DNA of 64,000 nt from Macrostomum hystrix (taxonomy: Eukaryota; Animalia; Platyhelminthes): contig CATNEN010000005.1 in assembly GCA_950097015.1 (NCBI GenBank), positions 310,001 through 374,000 on the forward strand, written 5' to 3'. The notes below the pieces were generated by a model. The model saw only the letters and a program-made list of their open reading frames with translations. It was not told the DNA's origin and did no database searches. A program made the position numbers and the translations under genes. Position 1 is the stretch's first letter, and every line of letters begins with the position of its first letter. Shown in pieces: positions 21,147-33,800 of the stretch.

Positions 21147-21737
21147 AAAGAGACAAAGCAGCTTAATATCCAACAATTATATTATAAATTCAGTTTCATA
21201 GATAATCACTATAGATAATCACTATCAACAATAATTACTTAACAAAACTTTGTAACTTAAAAGCAACCGCTTTACTTTTAATTACATGGTGTTACCCTAA
21301 AATAGTTTTGAGTGATACTTTACTATTCTAATGTGAAAATGGCATTATTTGGTCAAAACCTACTATACAACATGTTTTTACTAGTTTAAATGAGTACAAT
21401 TGTACAACTATATGTTTTGTGTTGTTAGAAACAGTTTTTCTAAAAAAGGGGGATTTAATTATTGATTTTATTTGTTTAAATTCTTATTTAATGCTGTACA
21501 CATCCAGCATATAAAGTTGTGCAATATAATTATATAAATTATTTGTCTTATATTGTATACTACTTTCTACTTATATTTATGGCTTTTTATTAAATCTTGG
21601 ATTTAATATTAAATATTGGAGCCGAAAAATGATATAAAAAGTTTTTACAGCTTTTTTGAATTGTTTTCTATGCAACTAACATTTTTTAGAGACCAGTTTC
21701 TGTATTGAACTTTTTTAAAGAAAAAGTATAGTTTAGC

Positions 21738-21995
21738 GCATAGTCAAAGCCTGAAATGAGGTTATTTAAACAGTGCGGAAAAAACCGCATAATTCACTGC
21801 ATAGTCAAAGCCTGAAATGAGGTTATTTAAACAGTGCGGTAAATTCCGCATAGTTCACCGCATAGTCAAAGCCTGCAATGATCGAGGTTATTTAAACACT
21901 GTGGTTTTTTAGATGTTATAAACAGTGCGGAAAAAACCGCTAACTTTACCGCAGGGTTATGTGTTGACATTACTATGCGGTAAAGTTAGCGGTTT
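21738..21995. repeat. Three ~61-bp tandem units followed by an 18-bp inverted repeat (possible Helitron/MITE-like relic)
   Basis: GCATAGTCAAAGCCTG at about 21738, 21799 and 21860; ACCGCTAACTTTACCGCA / TGCGGTAAAGTTAGCGGT. Confidence 0.6.
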
Positions 21996-23774
21996 TTACC
22001 GCGCAGTAAAATGTTGCCAACGTGGTCACATAGTTCTAAAAAGTCTTGGTCAGTCTTTTTTCTCTTAAACTAGGTAATAGTGCCTAATTCAGTAGAAGGG
22101 GGCACCAAAGCTATTCTTGGGGTATTGACGGTGCCACAAAAATTTTTCAAGTTGGCTTTCAAATAGAGCTGCACTTGTACCATGCATTTGACACAGCTTG
22201 GCGTTGGCGATCTGCAAAATCTTCAGCTACAGAATTTCTGTGTTTTAGCTTCCTGTTCCCACATATTTGCCAGATTTAGCTATTGACATAGATTAAAGTG
22301 TCAAGTCACGCCAAAACCATGTCAGCACAAATTTTTCAAACTCAGAATGCACGTGTGGCACGAATACAAACAAAAAAATAATATAACAAACAAAAGTAGA
22401 ACATTGCCCAAATGTCATTTGTATACTACTCTATAGATATCAGTCTTAATTCTATTCCATTATGCAGTTATCAATCATACTTTTATCTTATTCACTATAT
22501 TTAATCCAATTTATCACACCATTTTGCACATTGGCCAGTCCTATTCTTTTGTCTTCAATGACACCCATATAGAACAATTAGCATAATAGGCCTAGTGTGT
22601 GGATAAGCATGGGAGAATGAGTTCAAAACATCGTAGTTACCTTTATAAACACTATTTAGGCCCTATTGCTTTTCTTCCTTTATAAACAAGGGCAAGGCCC
22701 AGAACACTACAAGTCTTACACCATCTGAGTGGGGTCTGTGAATACAACAAACACCTTTATCCTCATGGTTACACTAACTTCACTAAGTGGTACACTGCTT
22801 CTACTCGCACTTCTAAAGCGCATAGCTAACATTTTGAAGCACTTGTGCATAAGCTTTTAGGTTTTCTATCATTCAAATAATAAAAAATGGAGCCAGACAT
22901 ATTCGAACACTCTGCATAGAACACCGTAGTTGGTTCTTAGTTAACTTAGATCTTAGGTCTTTTACTTTGGTTCTTAGGTGACAGATCCTTAGTGGACAAT
23001 GTGAGAAGAAGCTGAAGAATTATAGGGTGTGCAAAATATAAGGCATGTTTTAAAAGCGCTTGACATAAAATCTGAACAAGTTATCGCCAAATCTAAGGAC
23101 AAGGTGTCTAAAAATATTATTCACTTACCAGGTCCATTAAGTGCAGTCAGCGAGCATCAGTGATGCAGCTTTTCAAAAACAAAATCATAGATATGCAAAA
23201 AAAACTTTACAGAGCTGACTATCAGCCCCCATCTAGGAGATCGGCGTGAATTTATCGTGAAACGCTATGACGATGACGAAGGGCAGCGGAGCGTAGAGGA
23301 GAGCGCAGAGTGCAGCGCCTTTTACTTAAATTAGCGCAGATTTCTGGTCAAACCACTGCATTCGATTAACTTAAACAAAAATTTACAATTTTTCATGTTA
23401 TTAAATGATTTATTTGTCACTGTACTTTTTTACAAACTAAGTATATTTATTTAAAACTTACAAAAATAAAATTAATCTTTTGACAAAGTATTATGTTCGT
23501 TTTTTCACACTGTCCTATAAATTAATAAGTATCAGCCTTTTTTCGATTTGCTGCGATGAAGCCAAACGAACTTGGCTTCTATATTACTATATATAGTTTA
23601 TAAAAATTGATTTCATTCAAACCAAATTTTTCAAATACCTCCATAACTTACCAAAATATGCCAGTAACAGTAAATTGCTATTAGAACTAATATTTCACCC
23701 ATTTCAAGACAAATATCCAAATATTTCCTGTTCTATTGGCTAAAAATTAGACATAATAAACTCAACTATACTAC

Positions 23775-24200
23775 TCTGTGAGTGTGGTCCTGCAGTCCGA
23801 GGCCCTACCTGATCGCCAGAGGGCGTCGCTGTTCCAGGACGAGACCGTCCTGTTGTACAACGCCGCGAGACAGCTGGACGCTGACGGATTCGCTCGAACA
23901 GCAAGTCAACGCGGCGCACGCTGGCCTGCTGCGCGGTGACTCCAACTGGCACGTCACATGCATCATCCGCGCCGAGTCCTACTGCCCGCAGCCGGTGCAA
24001 GAGGTGCTGCTGCTAACGCTGTAGGCACCCGAACGGCGCGGCCAGGCCCGAACTCGGCGTTTCGTCGACTGCCTGCTGGCCGATGCTGGCGCCCGGACAC
24101 TGCCGGCGGTGCGCGGCCTTTGTTCGCGCGCAGGCTCTGGAAGCGTGCACTGTGACGCTGCTTTTTTCCACCTGACAGCGTATTTTGTTGTTGTTGTTGT
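23775..24200 (+). mobile_element. 5'-truncated, frameshifted non-LTR retrotransposon 3' end (RTE-like)
   Basis: Pieced-together translation SLFQDETVLLY..SWTLTDSLEQQVNAAHAGLLR..RAESYCPQPVQEVLLL..RRGQARTRRFVDCLLADAG resembles the post-RT region of RTE-type LINEs; ends in a (TTG)n tail. Confidence 0.65.
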
Positions 24201-24449
24201 TTCAACACTGCAACAAATATCTACTTTTTTATATTTATCCACTCAGAGCCTCATGTTTACTTTTAAAGTATATTTAGGAACAAGAACAAGAATTACTAAC
24301 GGAAAGACTAACGTTAAAGTCTAACGTAAACCTAACGGAAATTCGTTAGTCCTGTAACGTTTTTCTAACGTGCTTCTAACGTTAGACCTTGGACTAAGGT
24401 ATAGAGCTACTACTGAAACTTAAGCGAATTCATACCCTTTAAATTCACA

Positions 24450-24560
24450 CAAGAGTCGTGTAGACTATGGGGTAAAATGTTTGGAAACGAGCTTTTTCAC
24501 TATGCTTCTGAGTGCCCTATCTTACAAAAGACAAGGTTGAATCTATTCAACCAAAATACT
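24450..24560 (+). mobile_element. Possible degenerate LINE C-terminal zinc-knuckle fragment
   Basis: SCRLWG..FGNELFHYASECP resembles the CxxC..GDEFH...C motif. Confidence 0.35.
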
Positions 24561-25127
24561 TTAAATTTACAGCAATTCTGCAAACTTGGTTCTCTCTGTA
24601 ACACACTAAAAGTGGGGAACGAACCTCGCGCTTGCAGACCGAGACCGGTTTCTGGCTTGTTTGCCTTCGTCAGTCAGCCACACGCCGTCCTCTCCCACCA
24701 CTCTTAGTGTGCACAGAAGTCTGTTTTAAGCTTGCCGTTTTTATGGCGATACTTTTTCAGTGTTATGTGAGAGTTTTGCAGCCAAGTCTTTGCTTTTCTA
24801 CTGTTATCAGTAGTCTGAATTGTATCTCTCACACTCTCTGTAAATGAGAGCAGAATAAGGAAAGACCTTTTAGCAATTGAGAAGGTCTTTACGATACCTA
24901 ACAAATACCTAAGAAAACAAAGAGTAAAGCCAGCTGGGCATGTAAAGCTAGACATGCCTACGAATAGAATAATACATGCAGCCATCAACCAGTGTTTTAC
25001 ATATCCAGACTCAGCCATGCATGTTAACATATAAGATTCCCTCTACTGAATCAAACCCTCATTATGAAATGCATCTCAAAGTAATGAATATTCATGCTGC
25101 GCTCGTAAAAACATTTTTGCCCAATTG

Positions 25128-25715
25128 TTGGTTATTGGTTGTGGGCTGAGAGGGGCTGGGCTGGTTATTGGTTGTGGGCTGAGAGGGGCTGGGCTGGTTA
25201 TTGGTTGTGGGCTGAGAGGGGCTGGGCTGGTTATTGGTTGTGGGCTGAGAGGGGCTGGGCTGGTTATTGGTTGTGGGCTGAGAGGGGCTGGGCTGGTTAT
25301 TGGTTGTGGGCTGAGAGGGTCTGGGCTGGTTATTGGTTGTGGGGTGAGAGGGGCTGGGCTGGTTATTGGTTGTGGGCTGAGAGGGGCTGGGCTGGTTATT
25401 GGTTGTGGGCTGATAGGGGCTGGGCTGGTTATTGGTTGTGGGCTGAGAGGGGCTGGGCTGGTTATTGGTTGTGGGGTGAGGGGCTGGGCTGGTTATTGGT
25501 TGTGGGCTGAGAGGGGCTGGGCTGGTTATTGGTTGTGGGCTGAGAGGGTCTGGGCTGGTTATTGGTTGTGGGGTGAGAGGGGCTGGGCTGGTTATTGGTT
25601 GTGGGCTGAGAGGGGCTGGGCTGGTTATTGGTTGTGGGCTGAGAGGGGCTGGGCTGGTTATTGGTTGTGGGGTGAGAGGGGCTGGGCTGGTTATTGGTTG
25701 TGGGGTGAGAGGGAC
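25128..25715. repeat. 33-bp G-rich minisatellite (CTGGTTATTGGTTGTGGGCTGAGAGGGGCTGGG)
   Basis: About 18 units. Confidence 0.97.
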
Positions 25716-26384
25716 TGTTGGGTTGGGTTGTTGGGTTGAAAGATAAAAAACGCTAGGGTGTTAGTTGCGCATTTCACGTGACCAATCAGATCAGATCACA
25801 ACAAATCTAATCCATTATAAAGCTACTGCAAGGACCCTAATAACATGGACCCAATCACTGACAAGTCGCAGCCAATTGTGGCCATTCACGACATGAAGAA
25901 AAGTGGAGCAATAAACTTTTTAACTATCTTTCTGTACTTTTATTTAAGCGCGCATACACAATCACGTAAAAGTACACACAACAGCTTGATGTATTACTTC
26001 ATGCAGTGTGTGCGAAATAAAATCATTGATTTGTACTTGTTTCTACGCGTGATGGCTTGTACTTTCCAGACATACATTTTTTAGATATTACAGTCAAATG
26101 TGGGTATCAAACTAAGTCGTTTTAAAATAATTCAGTCCAGCTGAAAAGCCCTTTAAAAATTACATTTCGTGATTGAGACAAAGTTGACATGCAATGTGCA
26201 ATTTTAAACACTTCCAGCTTCGATTAAAGAATAACTGACCTATTTAAACCGTCGTAATTATAAAACTCGTTTTCAATTTCGAAAATTTCGGAGTGATCAT
26301 AGATAAAACATGACAAAATCACAAGTTGCCTAATTTTGTGTGAATAATGATCAGAAAAAATGGGAGAAGGCAGACGGAATCAGC

Positions 26385-27675
26385 AGGAGGATGGGATCAC
26401 GAGGTGGATGGGATCAGGAAGAAGATGGGATCAGGAGGAAAATAGGATCAGGAGGAAAATAGGATCAGAAGGAAGATGGGATCAGGAGGAAAATGGGATC
26501 AGGAGGAAGAGGGGATCAGGAGTAAGATGGGATCAGGAGGAAGATGGGATCAGGAGGAAGATGGGACCATGAGGAAGATGGGATCAGGAGGAAGATGGGA
26601 TCAGGAGGAAGATGGGATCAGGAGGAAGATGGGATCAGGAGGAAGATGGGATCAGGAGGAAAATAGGATCAGGAAGAAGATGGGATCAGGAGGAATATGG
26701 GATCAGGAGGAAGATGGGATGAGGAGGAAGATGGGATCAGGAGGAAGATGGGATCAGGAGGAAAATAGGATCAGGAAGAAGATGGGATCAGGAGGAATAT
26801 GGGATCAGGAGGAATATGGGATCAGGAGGAAGATGGGATCAGGAGGAAAATGGGATCAGGAGGAAGATGGGATCAGGAGGAAGATGGGATCAGGAGGAAG
26901 ATGGGATCAGGAGGAAAATAGTATCAGGAAGAAGATGGGATCAGGAGGAATATGGGATCAGGAGGAAAATGGGATCAGGAGGAAGATGGGATCAGGAGGA
27001 AAATGGGATCAGGAGGAAGATGGGATCAGGAGGAAAATGGGATCAGGAGGAAAATAGGATCAGGAAGAAGATGGGATCAGGAGGAAGATGGGATCAGGAC
27101 GAAAATAGGATCAGGAGGAAGATGGGATCAGGAAAAAAATAGGATCAGGAGGAAAATAGGATCAGGAGGAAGATGGGATCAGGACGAAAATAGGATCATG
27201 AGGAAAATGGGATCAGGAGGAAAATGGGATCAGGAGGAAAATAGGATCAGGAAGAAGATGGGATCAGGAGGAATATGGGATCAGGAGGAAAATGGGATCA
27301 GGAGGAAGATGGGATCAGGAGGAAAATGGGATCAGGAGGAAGATGGGATCAGGAGGAAAATGGGATCAGGAGGAAGATGGGATCAGGAGGAAGATGGGAT
27401 CAGGAGGAAGATGGGATCAGGAGGAAAATAGGATCAGGAGGAATATGGGATCAGGAGGAAAATAGGATCAGCAGGAAAATGGGATCAGGAGGAAGATGGG
27501 ATCAGGACGAAAATAGGATCAGGAGGAAAATGGGATCAGGAGGAGGATGGGATCAGGAACGAGATGGGATCAGGAGGAAGATTCGATCAGAAGGAAGATG
27601 AAACCAAGAGGAAAATGGGATCAGGAGGACGATGGGACCAAGACGAAGATGGGATCAGGAGGAAGATGGGAAGAT
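26385..27675. repeat. 17-bp purine-rich minisatellite (ATGGGATCAGGAGGAAG)
   Basis: About 75 units. Confidence 0.97.
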
Positions 27676-27828
27676 GAAGATGTGAAGTGTAAGTTTCCAG
27701 AAGGAGGAAAAGGAAATTATTTAATAACTGCAGAGAGTTATAGTGTCGCACTAGCACACCCTTCAGCAGCAGTACGTAGGAATCAGTCAATATACAGAAA
27801 AAAACGCTGTGCTTTTTTCAACTCAAGG

Positions 27829-30800
27829 TTAAAATGGCACGGCGTAGGCACTTTCAGCTGGCGAACCAGCTCTCTCCAAATTGTGCCTAGCAACAGACAG
27901 TAGTGTCTCTGCACCCGACAGTTTCTCAGAGAACAACGCCTGCGCCTCTTCGTTCGATAGTCTTTGTTCCAGCATATCCTTCAGTGCAGCGTAGCGACCT
28001 TTCCATCGTTCAACTTCCAAGTCGGCTTGGCTTCCAAGACCTCCGCTCTGGTGCAGGTACTGGTGATAGTAGCGAGCCTAAGACAGCGTTTGGGGTGACG
28101 AAACTGGTGACACTCCGATCAATCAAAACAGCTGACACTCCAATCAATCAAAACAGCTGACACTCCAATCAATCAAAACAAGTGACACTCCAATCAATCA
28201 AAACAGCTGACACTCCAATCAATCAAAACAAGTGACACTCCAACCAATCAAAACAGCTGACACTTCAATCAATCAAAACAGCTGACACTCCAATAAATCA
28301 AAACAGCTGACACTCCAATCAATCAAAACAGCTGACACTCCAATCAATCAAAACAGCTGACACTCCAATCAATCAAAACCTTTGGCAACTCTAATTAATC
28401 AAACAGGTGACACTAGTTAATCCAGAGTGTGACAACCAGTCAAGTAACAGCTATAGTGTTCATTTAATCCAAACCTGTCGGCTCTGGGCGGCCCACGGAG
28501 GTAATTCGGTAATCCAGAATTTGTTCAGCAATCTTTCTCGCTCCTCAGCATAGAATTGAATGCTAGACAATTCCCTGGCTAGATGCTTCAATAGGCTATA
28601 ATCTACACTTTGCGAGCGTTCCAATACGCCCAGACTCTTGTAGTGCAGCGTGCGTTCGTCGACTCGATTTCTGGCGCTGCGAATTTCGCGCAGATTTTCG
28701 CGCGACTCTTTGCGCAACAATTCGAAATCGTCCAGGCGACAGACGGCGTGCAACAGCAGCTCCGGCGCGTCCAGCACAGCAGGCCCAATACTGCGGCGTC
28801 CTAAAAACGACGGGCGAGAGTAAATAAAATATCATCGCGAACAAACTACACTACTGACAGTAGAAATATACGAGCTACCAAGATGTATTTGTGTACTATA
28901 TTTGTGTACTATATTTATTAATCTATGCATAAAAAAGATTATAACTACAATAAAAATTCCAGTAGGGCTGCAGGCAATTTCACACTATTTGGTGCCAGCG
29001 CAGGCACACGCTGACACAGTTGCCCTGACTTTCTCATCGTCAGGCAGTGTACAGCAGCCTCTCTCCGCTGCTGCGCCCCAATTTAATGTGGCCTCGCCGC
29101 GGAATCGAGCTCAGGGACCTCGGTGAGAGAGGCAAACGCGATTACCGCTCAGCCACACTGACCACTGGATATGGCTAAACTGACTTCATTTCGCGCCCAC
29201 TGTCGCGCCCGCTGTCATAGTCTATGGCAAAAACTCATGGAAGAAACTAATACTTAGGTATTTTTTTAGTTTAAAGAGTTGTTTGTCTTTTGGGGGTGCA
29301 AATTTCAACCATAGACAAAATGTCAAAAACGAGGTTGAAATGATTTTATCCCGCGGCCGATGTCTATGGTCGCAATATGGCAAAACGTAAAAAAATTTAG
29401 ATCGAAAGAAAACGCTTACTGGCGGCCAATGTGACGCTGCCTGCACCATTCCGCAGTCGCTCTCTAAGGCTGGCATTCTCCCTCTCCAGTCTGTGCAGCT
29501 GAGCTGCCAGTTCGCCGCCACGTTCGCGCATTCGACGAGAAGCCTGCTCAATGTCGGATAGGGTGTCGCCTAGACGATGACGCAGTTCGGCTAATTCAGA
29601 CACCCGCCGGCTCATTATTGATTGCCAATCGTCTGGTAGGCGGGAGACAAACTGGCCGAGATCCTCTTTTAGGGACAACTCGGCCTGTAGAGCCTCAACT
29701 AGGGCCTGGAATGAGGCAAATAAAGATAGTTATAAAGCGCCGAAGAAATCGAGTTTAGAGTGACCAATCACGAAGAAGGTGGTTCGTAGATTGACCAATC
29801 ACGAAGAAGAAGGAAGTCGGTAGATTGATCAATCACGAAGCAGATGGTTGGTAGATTGACCAATCACGAAGCAGATGGTTGGTAGATTGACCAATCACGA
29901 AGCAGATGGTTGGTAGATTGACCAATCACGAAGCAGATGGTTGGTAGATTGACCAATCACGAAGCAGATGGTTGGTAGATTGACCAATTACGAGGCAGAT
30001 TGGTACGAGTATCATAGCAAATCACTTAAGAGACGTGAGCCGCTCACCTGAAGCACTCTGGTGCGCAGGTGTTCGGCTTGTCCGCCACGCCAGCCAACAA
30101 TGGTAGCTCCGGAAACCTCGGACGTGGTCGATTTTGGTGACGGCGTGGCTGGCCTACTTCCGCCTCGACTGCCAGCTGACAGAGACCATTGCTGCTGCTG
30201 ATGCAGGTCGGGTGCAGAGCCGCCGAGAGAGCAAGTTGACTTTAGGACACTCGTCAAGCGACCAATTTGAGCCAGGAGATTTTGAATATGGCGGTTCTTC
30301 TCTTCTAGAATGCTGCGATAATTTTGTAGTAAAAATTTAAAACACTTTGCTTTTTAAACTACAATAGCAAAGGACATATTTGCGATGAAGCTAACAAGGA
30401 TTTAGGAAAAAATCCTGCGTAAAAATGTTCAGTCTACAGACTGAAAAGCAGCTATGCTTGCTTAAATTAATGTTTAAAGAAAAAAACAGACACTACTTAT
30501 GCTACTAAACAACGTGAGCAGTAGTGTAGTTAGCGCATACGTTTCAGAAATCGACTCGCTGACGCCGCCAAATTCGAGTGCAGTCAGATTGCGCGAGCCC
30601 GGCTGTTGCGCCTTGCGCAACAGATCGCGAAGGCGCGCATTCTCGGCCATGCACTGGTCGAGGCGGCTGGACAATTTATTGATTAACCAAATTATTACGA
30701 GTAGTAGAACTAATAAAATAAGACCAACAAATCATTAGGCATCAATTCAACTTACATAGCCCTACTGTTTAGCTTAGTTCTAAGCTCGATCGCAGTGCCT

Positions 30801-33800
30801 TGAAGTACAGAATTCTCCTCTAATGTTCGCTCCCATTTCTCCGATAGCTCAGTGAATGAACGCTGTACAGCTTCCAGCTGTTGATGCTGCTGTTCTACTG
30901 CGGCTGCGGCCGAACAATTGTTGCTATGGCAACCGGTGGCTATTTGAAGACGGAGGCGGTCGACTTCAACTTGAAGATCGGCTCGGTTTTGCTCTGTCTA
31001 GATTATAAAAAAAGGAAAGTGTTAAATTTATATGAAACACGAGCGATTTGCTGAAATCATTCAATATAAAAACTTATTAAAACTATAGGTTCTTGGAAAC
31101 AGTAGAAAGTATTTTTGAAAACAACTTGACAATCAGAAGGATAACCAAAGATGTCTTGGTAAAAAAGAACAGATTTCTTAGAAAAAAACTGACATCCATG
31201 AAGGAAGTGATTTTTTTAGAAAGAATAGATTTCTTAGAAAGAAATGATTTCTTAGAAAGAAATGATTTCTTAGAAAGAAATGATTTCTTAGAAAGAAAAG
31301 ATTTCTTAGAAAGAAATGATTTCTTAGAAAAATGATTTCTTAGAAAGACTAGATTTCTAAGAAAGAACTGACTTTTTAAAGAACAGATTATTCAGAAAAG
31401 GATTGATTTCTTGAATAAAACTCTTTTAGGAAAGAACTGATTTCTTAGAATTAACAGATTTTTTAGATAGAAGGAACTGGTGTCTTACAACTCATTTGCA
31501 ACAAAGAACAGATTTTTCATTTCATCGTTCTTCGCACGTTGGATCTAATTTTCCAAAATGACTAAGAAAGTAGACTACTCTATTATTAATCTATCTCAAC
31601 AGTCTCACCTGTTCCTTCTCCCAGACTATCCGGGTAACTTCGGATTCGCGTTTCTCCAATTCGCCACGCAGATCGTCCAGCTCAGTCTGCAGCCGGGTTC
31701 GCTCCGATTCTAAGGCTTCCCGCCTCTGGTCTAGGCCACGTCGCTCTTCTTCTAGTTGCAGACAGCTAGCCCGCCAGGTGGAAGCCTCAGCCTGGGACTC
31801 GCGCAGCTCAGCCTGCAGCCGAGCCCTGGCACCGTAGCCTGTTTCAACTTCGCCGCGAACCTGCGGTTTTTTTAACCATATACTACTTGTTGTGAAAATT
31901 GTAAGTATAAATATAGGCTATTTAGCTGCTAATTTTGTACAGAACTTCTAGAGGGTACGTTGGCTCATTGCAATCTGGAATAGTATACATGAACCTGGAT
32001 CATGTCTGCACATTTTACCTGTTCCAGTTAAATTAAAAACATCAAACTAGATCATGTCTAACATATCTACCTGGATCATGTCTAACACATCAGGATCATG
32101 TCTAACACATCTACCTGGATCATGTCTAACACATCAGGATCATGTCTAGCACATCAAACTGGATCATGTCTAACACATCAGGATCATGTCTAGCACATCT
32201 ACCTGGATCATGTCTAACACATCAGGATCATGTCTACACATCAGGATCATGTCTAACACATCAGGATCATGTCTAACACATCAGGATCATGTCTAACGCA
32301 TCAAACTAGATCATGTCTAACACATCAAACTGGATCATGTCTAACACATCAAACTGGATCATGTCTAACACATCAAACTGGATCATGTCTAACACATCAA
32401 ACTGGATCATGTCTAACACATCAGCCTGGATCATGTCTAACAGCGCGCATACCTCATCCCAGGCGTCAGTGAGGTCATCCAGTCGAACTTTGAGCTGATC
32501 TTTCTCAGCCAGCAGTTCCACAATGCGAGCCTCGGCTGATTCCAGAGCAGCGCATTGCTGCGAATGCTGCTCGCTCCATCGCACGCACGCGTCAGTGAGT
32601 TGAAGCTTCTGACGTTCCAGCTCGGCTGTGTGACTACTTAGTCGAGCAACCGACGCCTGTTGAGCAGCTAGCGACTCCTCAAGGGAAGCAGCTGCCTCCA
32701 GTGCGGCCTGATAGTCACGCTCGCGTTGAGTCTGGTAAGAACGAGCCTTTTCCAAGGCTTCCTGGAACGAAAAATCGACTTTAAATCCTCCAGAACACGG
32801 GCTAAGAAGTTTTCGCTCTATCCGATGAAACAACTTCCAGAAGCGCAAAACATCGTCATCGTCGTGATATTCAACGATTCTCGTCGGGGTGTGTGGTGGC
32901 GAAAACCAACCAATATAGGAATATTTTTTCTGGTTAAAAACTGTCATAAATGTGACTATCTCGGCTATTATTGCACTTTTATTTGTTAATTTTTTACATT
33001 TCCGGACCAATATGGATATAGTGAGCTGATACTGAGCATACTGAGCATACTGAGCATACTGAGCATACTGAGCATACTGAGCATACTGAGCATACTGAGC
33101 ATACTGAGCATACTGAGCATACTGAGCATACTGAGCATACTGAGCATACTGAGCATACTGAGCATACTGAGCATACTGAGCATACTGAGCATTGTTAGTT
33201 GTCCTTGCCACCAGGGTCTTCTGAGTCTTTTATTAACTCTCCCATAAGCGCTAGTGTATTTCATGTACCTCCTATACAAGAATTGGCACTGCGCCTCAGT
33301 GCGGCCTTGCCAGGCCTTAAAAATTGATCAGCGTGTCACCCGAATGTGCCTGCATCATCTCCGTCTTCGGTGGCCACCTAGACGGACTGCTGGACCTTCA
33401 AGGGCTACAACAGGTGGAACTAGGCCACTATGGACAGCCTGACGCGAATTTCTCCAATTTCACTGATGAAGCCTAAATATTAGGCGCAGCTCAACCACAG
33501 TACACCATCGCCTAGTCTGTCAACCAATCAGTCAACACCCAACGCTGTTGCTTGGCAGTCCTAGCTGTTAATAAAATCACCTGCGCCGCGTCTCTAGACT
33601 CAGCCAAACTTTCCGCTCGTCTCTCGGCCATTCGCAGCTGTTCAACCAACTCCTGGCAGCGAGTCTTTGTCGCCTCGGCTGTCGACGCGGCCGATTCGGC
33701 CAGTTGAAGTCGTTGACGAAATTCAACTCGCTCGCGACGCAGCAGCGCCAGCTCGGAGTTGGCTTCGGCGGAGGCTTCAGCTAGGCGAGACCTCTCGGCT

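Larger units (their letters stand above)
13900..21150 (-). ncRNA. Non-coding polycistronic snoRNA host gene (GAS5/UHG type); possible 5' exons at 23129-23168 and 23211-~23303
   Basis: Short GT-AG exons between snoRNAs (e.g. 14496-14552; 17813-17898, which has stops in all three frames). No long ORF. AATAAA (minus) at 13910-13915. At least 24 intronic C/D snoRNAs and one H/ACA snoRNA, all co-oriented. Confidence 0.88.

Noticed and set aside
24704-25030. 108-aa hydrophobic ORF
   Set aside because: No recognisable homology, AT-rich, no splice support
25125-27903. ORFs LVIGCGLRGAG and MGSGGRWDQEEDGIRRK repeats
   Set aside because: Minisatellite translations, open in several frames
32986-33279. 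(AQY)n and (SML)n ORFs
   Set aside because: 9-bp intronic repeat
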